DNA of 64,000 nucleotides from Octopus sinensis (Eukaryota): contig NC_042998.1 in assembly GCF_006345805.1 (NCBI RefSeq), positions 8,556,001 through 8,620,000 of the forward strand. Reading direction: 5' to 3'. This document shows positions 25,254-38,915 of this stretch, in pieces. The notes beneath the pieces were generated by a model. The model was not told where the DNA came from, made no database searches, and saw only the letters and a list, made by a program, of their open reading frames with translations. The position numbers and the translations under genes were made by a program. Position 1 is the stretch's first letter; each line of letters starts with the position of its first letter.

Positions 25254-25672
25254 CACATGTATATATATATATATATATCTCTTTATATATATACAACTAT
25301 ATATGAATATACATCTATGATTGCCTCATCTTGTTAGATGATAGCTGTTTCGCATTAATGATGGTGTGACATCTGTACGTCATTGGATTTAACTGATGGA
25401 AGCCTTGTACAACACTTCTGGCACTCTCTCGGCCGCCATACTGAGTTTCAGGGACAAGCATTGCAAGATGACTGGTCATATATATATACATACATACATA
25501 ACATATACATACATATTCACACATAACACATAGATAGATGGATAGATACATACATACATACATACATACAAATATATACATATATATATATTTATAGTTC
25601 ATATATATATATATATATCCAGTTCATACACATATATATACACACACACATATATATAATATATATCCGGTT

Positions 25673-25707
<35 letters not shown>

Positions 25708-25777
25708 TCACACATAACACATAGATAGATGGATAGATACATACATACAAATTTATACATATATATATTTATAGTTC

Positions 25778-25808
<31 letters not shown>

Positions 25809-25968
25809 TATATACACACATATATATATAATATATATCCGGTTCATACATACATATATATATATATACATACACACGCGCGCGCGCAAATATATATATA
25901 TATATATACATACATATATCCACTGGATCGAACAAGAAATTTACTAATGCCAACCCTAAATTGTCGCA

Positions 25969-26043
<75 letters not shown>

Positions 26044-26868
26044 TGTATATAAAACAAAGTTATAAAGAAAAGAAAACGTAAATTAATGTTTGTATTGTGG
26101 TTTAGTTTGAACAAAAATGATTTAAACCTCGTAAAACATTTTTTTGCAATATGTATTCTTTAGCATAATTTATCTTTCAGATCTTACAGCTTAAGTCACA
26201 CTCCATTCATGCAGTGTAGTATTAAGTAGACAATAATGCCCTTGTGTGTCTGTCGTCTCCTTGTAAGGGCGCGTTAAGATATGATCTGGCTTTCACACAG
26301 ACGCAGAGTTCTCATATATACGCATGCGTACCTTATTATTGAAAGCTGGCTTCTTTTATGAAGATTTTGCTCGGTTTTATGGTTGTGTCAGAATGACCTA
26401 AGCTCCAGTTTCTTACCGCTTAACAAACTTCTGGGCGCGAGGATACAAAAGTACGAACATGTGGGGAGAGGATGCGAGAATGAATTAGGACAAGCATGGT
26501 AGAAGAAGAGAGGGTGACAAAGAGTTAGGGGAAACGAAGTAGCTGCAAATGAGAAAAAGAGATGCGCAGCTAGAAGATGAAGACAAAAAGAAATTATAGA
26601 AACGAGGACTGCAAATAATACCACGAATATAATAGAATACGAAATGAAATTGGATGAAGAATGTGAGGAGTTTGAAGAAAGAACTGACAGATAGTGACAA
26701 TTACATAGCTACAGATGTAAAATAGGTTATATGACGATATACAGAGCTACAAAACTCATTCACAATATATTGACCATTCTGCTTTTCAACCACTTATGAG
26801 ATCTTAAGCATTGGATAAAAGTTAGATTTTGAGGGGTGGGGTCGTGAACGTTAGCTTTTTAATGCCTA

Positions 26869-27279
26869 TACTCTTTTACTCTTTTAATCTTTTACTTGTT
26901 TCAGTCATTTGACTGCGGCCATGCTGGAGAACCGCCTTTAGTCGAGCAAATCGACCCCGGGACTTATTCTTTGTAAGCCCAGTACTTATTCTATCGGTCT
27001 CTTTTGCCGAACCGCTAAGTGACGGGGACGTAAACACACCAGCATCGGTTGTCAAGCAATGCTAGGGGACAAAGACAGACACACAAACCCACACACACAT
27101 ATATATACATATATACGACAGGCTTCTTTCAGTTTCCGTCTACCAAATCCACTCACAAGGCATTGGTCGGCCCGGGGCTATAGCAGAAGACACTTGCCCA
27201 AGATGCCACGCAGTGGGACTGAACCCGGAACCATGTGGTTGGTTAGCAAGCTACTTACCACACAGCCACTCCTGCGCCT
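26869..27279 (-). mobile_element. SINE family A
   Basis: Near-identical to 12138-12561. Confidence 0.9.
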
Positions 27280-27317
27280 ATCTAGACATTCATAGAATAA
27301 CTGAATGTCTTGTGCAG

Positions 27318-27545
27318 TAGAGGCGCGTGGTTTGGTGGTTAGCATTTTGGGTTCATGATCGTAAGATTGTAGTTTCGATTCCTGAACCGAGCGATGCGTT
27401 GTGTTCATTTTACGTTGTTCCAGTTGACTCAGTAAACAAAACTGAGTAATCCTGCGACGGATCGGCGTCCAGTCCAGATTGGGAATTTATACGCCATTGA
27501 AACTAGGAAATCGGTCCTTATGAGTCTATATGACTTGGGAAGAAC
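27318..27545 (+). mobile_element. SINE head C + tail Z, degenerate
   Basis: The head resembles 30366-30500 (ggcgcgtggt..gtggttag...catgatcgtaag...ttcgattcc), then an unrelated tail follows. Confidence 0.6.
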
Positions 27546-27650
27546 CTTTGCTCCTGTCTTCTGTTATTTAGTCCTGACCCAGAAGATCAGTAACCAAGTG
27601 CATAGTAACAGTGGTCTTCTTATCTTTTTGTACATCAGAAACAACATTAC

Positions 27651-27877
27651 GGCGTTGAGCTGGCAGAAACGTTAGAACGCCGGGCGAAATGCGCAGCCGT
27701 ATTTCGTCTGCCGCTACGTTTTGAGTTCAAATTCCCCGAGGTCGACTTTGCCTTTCATCCTTTCGGGGTCGTTAAATTAAGTACCAGTTACGCACTGGGG
27801 TCGATATAATCGATTTAATCCCTTTGTCTGTCCGTGTTTGTCCCCTCTGTGTGTAGCCCCTTGTGGGTAGTAAAGAA
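27651..27877 (+). mobile_element. SINE family D with 17-bp TSD
   Basis: TSD atcagaaacaacattac at 27634-27650 and 27878-27894. B-box GAGTTCAAATTCC. Confidence 0.88.
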
Positions 27878-28294
27878 ATCAGAAACAACATTACTTAATA
27901 TATTCTTAAGGTGGTAGCATGTAATTTGAAGGAAATTTGACTGATATTTTATGCCGGTCCAAAGCATTTCAGAATTTGGCATGTCCAAAACATTTTCTAA
28001 ATGTTGTCCTTTGCACTTATAATAGTAATCATATAGCTTTTTGTGTTTGTTTTTGTTATTTCGATGGGGATATTTTATTGTATTTTTGTTTTGTTTTTCT
28101 TTTTATGTTTTTGTTTGATTTTTCATATTTCGATTCTGATGAGTACTATAATTCAATTGGTACAGATATAGTTAAATTATGACTTCGTAGCTCCTAGGTA
28201 AAGAGTAAGTACGCACTTTTGTCTCGAAAGTTATGGATGACATGAAAAGCTGATTATTTAAATGTTTAAAAATTGATTATTTGGCCGTTGTAAA

Positions 28295-28677
28295 TTTCTT
28301 ATTTCTGTATTGCCCACAATGAGCTAAACATAGAGGGGACAAACAAAGGGATTAAGTCGATTACATCAACCCCAGTGCGTAACTGGTACTTAATTTATCG
28401 ACCCTGAAAGGATGAAAGGCTAAGTCAACCTCGGCGGAATTTGAACTCAGAACGTAGCGACAGACGAAATACCTATTTCTTTACTACACACAGGGAGCTA
28501 AACACTGGGAGGACAAACGGATTACGTCGATTACATTGACTCCAGTGCGTAACTGGTACTTAATTTATCGACCCCGAAAGGATGAAAGGCTAAGTCGACC
28601 TCGGCGGAATTTGAACTCAGAACGTAGCAGCAGACGAAATATCGCTAAGCATTTCGCTCGGAGTGCTAACGTTTCTG
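28295..28677 (-). mobile_element. SINE family D with internal ~170-bp tandem duplication
   Basis: Two successive units gtcgattaca...cagtgcgtaactggtacttaatttatcgacc...ctcagaacgtagc. Confidence 0.8.
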
Positions 28678-28844
28678 TTTTAATATAAAGTTTATGTCAA
28701 TGATAAAGTTGAAACTTGAACAAAGTAAATCATATGCCTCAATCAGGAACAAATACTACATGGTCACAAAGCATAATGTCACGATGCTTAATATGAATTT
28801 TTAGACTGCCAAGTTCAGTCTGAATGGTACAATTTGTCGTTTCT

Positions 28845-28970
28845 ATGGTTCCGGGTTCAGTCCCACTGCGTGGCACCTTGGGCAAGTGTCTTCTACTATG
28901 GCCTCGAGCCGACCAAAGCTTTGTGAGTGGATTTGGTAGACGGAAACTGAAAGAAGCCCGTCGTACATAA

Positions 28971-29016
<46 letters not shown>

Positions 29017-29419
29017 TAGCAGTATCGCCCGGCGTTGCTCAGGTTTGTAAGGGAAATAACTATAAAGCATTTTTAGAGAGTTATAGCCAAAAAATAGCAA
29101 AAAAATGGAAAAAAATGATGGTAAATTTTTTTTTTGAGATTTAAAAATGGTGGAGTTGCGTCCCCTAGACAGTTTGTGGTTCGTGTTTCTAATTCTCGAC
29201 CCCATGTCGAATTTATCGATTTTTTTCAAAACTGGGGAACTTTTCAAAATTTTCGCTGCGTTAGTTTTGAATTATGACATTGGGCTATGTGTGTGTCAAG
29301 TTTCATCAGAATCGGTTGAAAGCCGTGGTCAGGGTGAGGGTACAAGCAAACAGACACACAGAAACACGCACAGACAAACTGCCGTTTATATATAGAGAGA
29401 TATGTGTGTGTGTGTGTGT

Positions 29420-29456
<37 letters not shown>

Positions 29457-29676
29457 GTGTGTGTCTGTGTTTGTGTGTCTGTGTTTGTCTCTCCCCCAGC
29501 ATCGCTTGACAGCCGATGCTGGTGTGTTTACGTCCTCCGTAACTTAGCGGTTCAGCAAAAGAGATCGATAGAATAAGTACTAGGCTTACAAAGAATAAGT
29601 CCTGGGGTCGATTTGCTCGACTAAAGGCGGTGCTCCAGCATGGCCACAGTCAAATGACTGAAGCAAGTAAAAAGAG
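28845..29676 (+). mobile_element. SINE family A interrupted by a Helitron in its internal (TA)n
   Basis: Head at 28845-28970 and tail at 29401-29676, with the Helitron between. Confidence 0.85.
29016..29400 (-). mobile_element. Non-autonomous Helitron (different 5' body, shared 3' end)
   Basis: A|TCTCTCTATATATAAA...gagcaacgccgggcgatactgCTAG|T on the minus strand. Confidence 0.85.
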
Positions 29677-30365
29677 TTTAAAAAATGAGTAACCAGTTCC
29701 AAGGTTCAGATGAGATGATGGTAATCCTAACCAGGACTGATCTATACAACTGTGGACGGTGTTCGCTCCCTATCAAAAGGTTTTTCTCACTTGGGTTTCC
29801 CTGGAACAGAAGATATACAATCCACTACTTCTGTGGAAGAGTCAACCGGATGCATGGGTTACCAAGTTAGTTAGCAATGCTGACTCAAAGTCTTCATGGA
29901 ATCATGTTCCATTTGTAAGTTCGGTTCCTCCTGAATATAAATATTGTAACGTTTTACTGCATACTGAGTCACACGTGACACCTACCGATTTTACGCCATT
30001 AAATATGTCGTAATACTTTCCTGCGAACAGGTGACGTTTAAAACATTACAAAATGTTTCCGCAGCCATTTTAAGATCATTTATACGCTAGACGTAAAACT
30101 GTTTCCGATCCCGCCTGCCTCCAAAAGAGCTTGCTGACCCCCCGGGTGAGAGTAACAACACTAACAGAAACTTCTGATGTCTGAAGAACGCAGAATCAGC
30201 ATAAATATCGGATTCGTTTATGTTTAGTTAAATCACAGGCCTATATGAGGTATGTTTATGCTATCAGTCGACCACGGCTATATCCAAACATATATTGACG
30301 CAGATGCACTCGCAAGCATATACAAACATATGCACGTGATGAGTACATATGTATTTAATGGGTGT

Positions 30366-30690
30366 GAGGGCGCGTGGCTTAGTGGTTAGGGCATTCGGCT
30401 CATGATCGTAAGGTTGTGAGTTCGATTCCCGGCGACGCGTTGTGTCCTTGAGCAAGACACTTTATTTCACGTTGCTCCAGTCCACTCAGCTGGCAAAAAT
30501 GAGTTGTACTTGTATTTCAAAGGGTCAGCCTTGTCACTCTCTGTGTCACGCTGAATCTCCCCGAGAACTACGTTAAGGGTACACGTGTCTGTGGAATGCT
30601 CAGCCATTTGCACGTTAATTTCACGAGCAAGCTGTTCCGTTGATCGTATCAGCTGGGACCCTCGTCGTCGTAACCGGCGGAGTCTTTTTT
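30366..30690 (+). mobile_element. tRNA-derived SINE, head C + tail Y
   Basis: A box TGGCTTAGTGG, B box GTTCGATTCCC and a CORE-like ccttgagcaagacactt. The tail is identical in type to 19234-19420. Confidence 0.85.
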
Positions 30691-31370
30691 TTTCATTTAA
30701 TGGGTAATTAATTCCTCAAAGGATATTTCGAAATAATCTGCCAATTCACACTAAATATATTCCAAAGGAGTGACAAATGGGAGATGAAATGTATTGAATA
30801 ACAGCTCATTCTGATTCTCCAACATCTATAAAAATTTTGCATTTCGTGCATGTGGGGTGGGTTTTTTCACTTTTTATGTAATCATAAGAATATTTATATG
30901 AGTGCATTCACTTGTGTATCATACTTGTATATGTATATATATATAAAAATAAAAACATGATGCAAAGGATTTAGCGGTACATATGTTTCGGGCCTTTATT
31001 AGACGGTTTATATCAATGCATAATTGATGTAAAATGTGTATATATATATACGTGAAGTATATTTTCGACTTAAATGTGGCTAACCACTAAGGTTGGATGC
31101 TACTGCAGCTTGTAGCCCCAGGAGAACATCTCCAGTAGGCTACTGACACACTTTCTGTGCCCTATCACTGTGCCCTATCAGTATTTGCAAAGGGAAGCCG
31201 TCCTTCCCATCGTCGACCTGACGTGATACGCACGGATTCGAGGTATATATATAACAATATTGTTGAATGTATACTATATAGTCTGTGACTATTTTTTCTT
31301 TCTCACTAGACCGCTGGTGGCGGAAAATTTTTCTTGAATTTTTTGGTACCCTTATATTGATAAATATATA

Positions 31371-31419
<49 letters not shown>

Positions 31420-31510
31420 ATGTTCATATCGCTAGGTTTGCTAGTTTATTTTGTCTCTCTGTCTTATCTCGTGGTGCGATATGAACATTTTAGGTGGGTT
31501 TTTAGAGTCA

Positions 31511-31554
31511 GGGTTTTACTGCTATTTCGGCATGGTGGTGTCTCTCAGACACCC
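31511..31554 (-). ncRNA. Degenerate hammerhead-like motif in a short island between (TA)n arrays
   Basis: Minus strand gggtgt|CTGA-GA|gac-accaccat-gcc|GAA|A-tagcag-T|A|aaaccc. There is one core deletion and several stem mismatches. Confidence 0.4.
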
Positions 31555-31658
31555 TTATTTATAGTTGTGAAAAATTATTACCTATGTATGGTATTTATTC
31601 CCATGCCGGCCACTTGATAATATCGATATTTAAATATCGGTATTATCCTTATTTATAA

Positions 31659-31702
<44 letters not shown>

Positions 31703-32549
31703 GCGTGTGTGCGCGCGTGTGTGTCTGTGTGTCTGTGTGTGTGTGTGCGTGCGTATGTGTGTATGTATATATATATATACGTACATAGACGCATACACAC
31801 ATTGATATATCTACTGAACGGCTTTTCTTTAATGCATGCTTCATTAAATACACCACGATGTTCATGTTTTATCTTGTTTATGTTATATATTTCATATTTT
31901 CACACTAGCATTTCTCAGGTAGTTGGTCTGAAACAGCAGCGTTCCTAGATTCATATTCTATGTTTCTTGACCTTTACAATCTCTTTAACCAAGAATTTGA
32001 CTGAATATATTTGGTGTTTGTGTTGTTTCTTTTCATACTAATTGAATTCATTTGACTTTCGACCAAAGGCTCATTGAGCGCTAGTTTTGTGCCTCGGCAG
32101 TCACGTGTTGATTTTTTTGTAGTGACTGTTAGTTTTTTTTTTATTTGTTTTGTCTTAATTTCGACTTCTACCTATGTACATACACATGAATATTGCGATC
32201 AAGAAAGATTTATATGGAAAAGCGAAGCGTACTTGATATAAGGAATGTCGACTTAATTTATATATTTTTACAAGCAGAGAATAATTAGCTCAAGTTACAA
32301 CTAGTCTTAAAATCACTCAATAACGTACGAGCTGACAGAGATTGTTTAAGCCAGGTTTTGATGACTTGTGCAGGAGCATCCAGTGGTACGAACCAGTGAT
32401 GTATGAGGGTAACGATCTTAGTCATCTTGTGTGACATTGAGTGAATTTGGAATTAATATCAGATGACTCTTCTGTTCGCTAACACATACACGTAAGTAGT
32501 CACACATGCATACGTGTGCGCGCACACGCACACATATATATACACACAC

Positions 32550-32613
<64 letters not shown>

Positions 32614-32620
<7 letters not shown>

Positions 32621-32873
32621 TTGTTTACTGTCAACTTAACGTGATAGTCCCGTATGGGAATTACAACACTGCTGTTTAGCCCTAGGAAGCACCGAACGCT
32701 TCTTGTCAGCTTTGACACATTTTCTGTGTCCTTATATTTGTGTGTCTTTATATAAGGACATAGAAAATGTGTCAAAGCCGACAGGAAGCGTTCGATGCTT
32801 CCTAGGGCTAAACAGCGGTGGTGTAATTCCCATACGGGACTGTCACGTTAAGTTGACAGTATACAACCACTCT
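32614..32873. repeat. Fold-back palindrome, 124-bp arms, 12-nt loop
   Basis: 32614-32737 matches the reverse complement of 32750-32873 with about 8 mismatches and no gaps. Confidence 0.92.
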
Positions 32874-32924
32874 ATCGCTCCACCACCGCTCATGTCTCTT
32901 TGAGACATTTAGAAATTTAATATT

Positions 32925-32986
<62 letters not shown>

Positions 32987-33034
32987 TATGCGTCGGTCTC
33001 ACAATGCCTTTTCGAGTAATATTTGTTCATATAG

Positions 33035-33219
<185 letters not shown>

Positions 33220-34674
33220 TATATATATATGTCAGCGTGGAAGTAAGAGACAGTAAGTTCAGGCAGGAATGCACTGCGATATTCATTTCTAATAAGTTAT
33301 GGTAATGCCCGTTTTTGTGTACCGCAAGAAGATGAAACATATAGCAAACCAAGTGCTGGAATGGACATATTCGGCTAAAAACATCTTAAGCGCGGTGCCT
33401 CACAATGGCAGTAATCCTTTGATTTTGAAATGAGTAAATGATGAACAGTCTGTTTCAATAAACAACAATTTGCATTACCATGACGCAATAAAAGATGTGC
33501 TTTATGTTACTCTTGTTGTCCTAAGATAGAAGAAACCGATCTTTCATCTTCGGAATTCACTGAATATTTTGACTGTTTTGTACGACGATTTCACTGAATG
33601 TTTTGACTGTTTCGTACGATGACAAATTATTCAAGCATAAATGATTAATGACTGATGTTCAGTTTTGATGTTTTAATTATTTGTGCCATCAGTCATTTCT
33701 CACAGTAGAGTTTTTAAAAAAGTTTAAGTTCTTCCCGAGTCGAAAAGCTTACTATTTCATTGCTGGGACTTTATTTCAATTTATCTAGCGTTTAAATTAC
33801 TTAATGCGCATACTGACCCTTGGGTAGGACGTCTGTCGGTCCCGGTAAACCTCCAGCTGCCACTGGTACTCATTTTCAGCTGACGTGACTAGAGCAACGT
33901 AAAATGACTCAATGACACACCGTACCACTTATTCCGGGAATTTAATCTCGTTCCAAATGGGTTGAACCCAACGACCTGTCCACTAAACCATACACCTTCA
34001 CCTTTTTCACAATAATACCAGTTAGAAGATTTTATACTTTTTTTCTATCCAGGTTTGATCAGATAGTCTATGTATTTATTTACTTATTTGTAATCTGATG
34101 AATTTCACTTTTTATACTACTATGTATTTATACTTCTTTATTTTTAACCGAACTAATATTTCCATCAGATAATATTTCTTTTTGTAATATATACTTACTC
34201 AATATATTACTGTATCTGCACTTGCGTTTTCTCTACGAAAATATTATTACTTGTCTCTGGCTTTTTGTTTTGTCAATATATATTTTTTTCAAACAAATCA
34301 TTATGAATAAATTAACAGCTAAGCTTTTGACATAAATAACACTAAACATTATAAGTACCAATTTGAGACCGGATCGACTTCATAAAATGAAGCAAAAATT
34401 CTCAGAAATATAGCAGATGGTATTATATATTTGGCGACCGTGAAAATATATAAAATATACCTCATTTAGTCGATTCTAATTTACAAGGTTGACAACTTAG
34501 GTATAAAAAATAGTAGCATGTAGCCCGAATTAAACAATAAAAAGAAACATTGATACCATACAATCCTGAAAAGTATTTCACAGATAAAGGAGGGAAAAAA
34601 ATTATTTTTATAGAATAAAGCAAGTTCCTTGGTATATATAAATATGGAATTTCTAGAGGAGACTAAATACTTAT

Positions 34675-35043
34675 TACTCATTTACTATTTTACTTGTTTC
34701 AGTCATTTGACTGCAGCCATGCTGGAGCACCGCCTTTAGTCGAGCAAATTGACCTCGGGACTTATTGTTTGTAAGCCTAGTACTTATTCTATCGATCTCT
34801 TTTGCCAAACCGCTAAGTGACGGGGGACGTAAACACACCAGTATCCGTTGTCAAGCGATGTTGGGTGGGGGGACAAACACAGACACAAACACACAGTTTC
34901 CGTCTACCAAATCCACTCACAAGGATTTGGTCGGTCCGAGGCTATAGTAGAAGACACTTGCCCAAGGTGCCAGGTAGTGGGGCTGAACCCGGAACCATGT
35001 GGTTGGTAAACAAGCTACTTACCACACAGCCACTCCTGCGCCT
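34675..35043 (-). mobile_element. SINE family A (internal microsatellite deleted)
   Basis: Collinear with 12138-12561. Confidence 0.88.
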
Positions 35044-35224
35044 ATTAGAGTAATAATATATATTAGATTTCTTTACAAGACATCTTAGTCATCACATTAC
35101 CAAAATAAATTAATAGAAATAAATTTTTTAAACGACATTCTCATTTCCATTCTGGGAATAATTCTGTAAAAGATAGTTGGTGGGGGGGGGGGTAAACGGA
35201 TTGTACACGCCAGAAGAAATGGCT

Positions 35225-35515
35225 GTTACAGCCACCTCACTCCGTGGAAGACATTTCTCAAACGGGCCGCAGTTATCCCAATTTTGCGGAGGAAAACAAC
35301 AGAGCAGTGTCCTGGAATAACTGAGGTCTCATCGGTGACCAGCACGAACTGATGACGGTTGGTCAGACTTCTGTATTTGTTTATCTTCCCCTACTCTGCG
35401 TTATGGACGGCGATACTCGGGTTTGCAGCCGATGCAATAAAGTTGGAATAGGAGAACGTATCACGACAAATCGCATCCTAGATTAGGCATTTGCTTCTCT
35501 CGAATAGCAAGAAGA
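35225..35515 (-). mobile_element. Restriction-like-endonuclease (REL) domain remnant of a CRE/R2-group non-LTR retrotransposon
   Basis: Minus strand KCLI*DAICRDT...AE*GKINKYRSL...FVLVTDET...FLRKIG matches the WDATC.DT / K..KY..L / F.P.AVET pattern. Confidence 0.6.
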
Positions 35516-35771
35516 TTATTCCGTAGGAACCTTTAACAACAGTTTTCTTCTCTGATCGCCACCGATATATAGATTAATATATACGATATATACAGCGTAT
35601 ATACATTGATATATGCGTGAATGTCCATATATACTGCTCATACATGGATATGCTATTCTCGACCCTAAGTTGGTGTCCTTATTTTCAAAATACCTAGATT
35701 CAATTGGATCCTGCAAATAATAATAATAATGATAATAATAATAATAATAATAATAATTATTATTATTATTA

Positions 35772-35811
<40 letters not shown>

Positions 35812-35950
35812 TTACTTGTTTCAGTCATTTGACTGCGGCCATGCTGGAGCACCCCCTTTAGTCGAACAAATCGACCCCAGGATTTATTCTTTTTAAACCT
35901 AGTACTTATTTTAAGCGATGGTGGAGAGACAAACACAGAAACACAAATAA

Positions 35951-36014
<64 letters not shown>

Positions 36015-36057
36015 GCGCACACAGACACACACACACATATATATATATATATACATA

Positions 36058-37310
36058 CAGGGGTAGTACAAAATCATGGAAGCAACTTAAAATTTCAAAC
36101 AACTTAATTTTAATATGGGGTAAGACCGCTTTTGGCAGTAATTGCAGCTTGAGTTCTACGAGCTATGGACTCGTACACAGTTTGAATTGCTTCCAAAGGA
36201 ATTTTTGTCCATTCTTCATCTAAAACAGTCTCCATGTTTTGTAGTGATGATGGTGGAGGATATCGACTCCTTACTTGTTTTTCTAAAATGCACCATAAAT
36301 GTTCAATAATATTGAGATCTGTGGACTGTGGTGGCTAGATAAGATGTTCAACTTCACTAAAATGTTCTTTGTGCCATTCAATAATTGGTACATTATCATT
36401 CTGAAAGACTGCGTTTCCCTCCGGAAACAGTTCTGCAATCATAGGATGAATTTGATCAGATAAAATGCTTAGTCTTGACTATTAATTCTGCCATCAAGGG
36501 AAACCGTTGGGCCGGCGGATTTCCAAGATATAGTCCCCTCAGATCATCACAGATCCTCCTCTATGTTTAACAGTTGGAAGAAGGCAGTCTGGGTCAAACG
36601 CTCCTTTTGGCTGTCTCCACACGTACACTTGGCCGGTGGTCAGAAATAAGGTAAAGGATGACTCGTCCGAGAAAATAACACTTTTCCACTGCTCTAGGGA
36701 CCAATTTTGTAGGTTTTTACTCCACTCTAAACGCTTTACAACGTTTGTTTTTGAAAGTAGTGGTTTTCTGATTGCATCCCTCCCGTGAAATCCGGCTTTG
36801 TACAGCACCCGGCGAACAGTTTTTGTGGAAACTGGGTTTTCAAGGTGGTCATTAAGCTCTGCAGTAATTTTGGGAGCTGTACTTTTTTTTATCCTTTCTA
36901 ACAATTTGCGTAATAGTCCGACAGTCTCTATCTGAAAGTTTGGGTTTTCTTCCGGAGTTTTGTTTCGACGAGGAGGTTTTACCCTCTTTCTCAAAGGCTG
37001 TCATTACTTTCAAGATAGTACTTCTTGATACACCAAACATTTCAGCTGTTTTCGTTACACTAGCGCCTGCCATACGGGAACCAACAATTAAACCTCTTTA
37101 AAAGTCTGTTGAATCTGTCATTTTAATGGATTTTAATTACCTTTTTCTGATTATATCTGAAAAGAAACAGCAATTTTAGCAAAACATATTAAACAACACT
37201 AATAATAAATCAAAAAACATAAAAATAGACAAGCTTTTGACAGTTTTATAGATATTTCAAAATTATGATGCTATGATGCTAGGTGTTTCCATTATTTTGT
37301 CCAACCCCTG
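36058..37310 (-). mobile_element. Tc1-like DNA transposon, 1253 bp, frameshifted transposase
   Basis: TIRs caggggtagtacaaaatcatggaagca and the reverse complement caggggttggacaaaataatggaaaca, with TA on both sides. Motifs GRKPKL, RKPLL, VIFSDES and TVKHRGGSVMI. Confidence 0.95.
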
Positions 37311-37709
37311 TATATAATCTGTTATATTTGACTGTCTCCTTTAACTGTTTTAGAGTTAAATCTGTGATTTTCACAGCAAATTATTGCCTTTTGGGGGTTG
37401 TTTTTTCTTTCTTGGTTTTTAATTTATTTTGTGTGTGTGTTCAGCGTTTCGACATGGCCTTAACCGTGATAATGAAACAGACTAAAGAACTAAATAATAA
37501 GGCTGTATCAATTTTGGATGTCTTTTAGAATATCTCCTACTGTGAAATACCTCCACTTGCATTCTCCTTGAATATAACGTGTCGTTTTTTTTTGTTTGTT
37601 TTTGATCGGTTAATGTCACTGCCCCTCTTTCTCTTTCCTTCACTTTCCCTCTCTTATTCTATATATTTCAATCTTATATATGCATACGCCAACACAAAAT
37701 TTTTAAAAA

Positions 37710-37712
<3 letters not shown>

Positions 37713-37760
<48 letters not shown>

Positions 37761-37820
37761 TAATAATAAACAATAATAATGATAATAATAATAATAATAA
37801 TAATAATAAGGATGATGATG

Positions 37821-37873
<53 letters not shown>

Positions 37874-37884
37874 CAATAATAATG

Positions 37885-37943
<59 letters not shown>

Positions 37944-38037
37944 AGTAATAGTAATAATAATAATAGTAATAGTAATAATAATAATAGTAATAATAATAAT
38001 AATATAATAATAATAATAATAATGATAATAGTAATAG

Positions 38038-38084
<47 letters not shown>

Positions 38085-38117
38085 GTAATAGTAATAATAA
38101 TAATTGTAATAATAATA

Positions 38118-38155
<38 letters not shown>
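37713..38155. repeat. (AAT)n/(GAT)n/(AGT)n trinucleotide array
   Basis: Visible tandem units. Confidence 0.95.
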
Positions 38156-38514
38156 GTCAACTGAATTTGCCCTTCTTTGAAATTGCTGGAAAACCCACCA
38201 TGCTGGTATTATTCACTTTGCATGTAACACTCGGTTAACCATTCACAGGAAAAACCCTTTACTGAGTGACCCGACCAAAGAAAAATAAAATAATAAAATA
38301 AAGTGAGCATTTCGTGCTTTCCTTAATCAACAACAGAAATCCATCCTCGAGCTGGCTCAATTGAAACATGTGAAGTCTACCATATTTATATTTGTGTATG
38401 AACGTGTTTGTGCCTCATTAAAAGTTGTATATTATGCGATGATAAAAGCCCTTGGGACAGACGTAATTTCAACTGTGAAATGTTAACTCTCAGTGACGAA
38501 AATGTTATTCTCGT

Positions 38515-38605
38515 TTCATCTTCTTCCTTTACCACCACCACTCCACCTCCACCATCATCATCGCCATCATAATCATCATCATCATCATCATCGTTATCGT
38601 CATCG

Positions 38606-38637
<32 letters not shown>

Positions 38638-38656
38638 GTCATCGTCATCGTCATCG

Positions 38657-38687
<31 letters not shown>

Positions 38688-38752
38688 CCTCCTCCTCATC
38701 ATCATCATCATCATCATCCTCATCATCATCATCGTCATCGTCAACGTCATCG

Positions 38753-38789
<37 letters not shown>

Positions 38790-38814
38790 CATCCTCATCC
38801 TCATCCTCATCATC

Positions 38815-38846
<32 letters not shown>

Positions 38847-38858
38847 CATCATCATCAT

Positions 38859-38915
<57 letters not shown>

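Noticed and set aside
25515-25870. Apparent regularly spaced repeat with 'spacers' (CRISPR-like look)
   Set aside because: It is a ~190-bp tandem duplication of a compound microsatellite in eukaryotic DNA, with no unique spacers or cas genes.
28134-28185. CTGATGA-GTAC...GTAC hammerhead-like start
   Set aside because: The GAAA core is missing (AGAT) and stems I and III do not pair convincingly.
30366-30445. tRNA-like sequences (also 19540-19618, 60226-60300, 12480-12561)
   Set aside because: They are SINE heads with A/B boxes fused to repeat bodies and lack a proper acceptor stem.
33556-33622. 34-bp tandem duplication
   Set aside because: An ordinary two-copy slippage duplication with no further structure.
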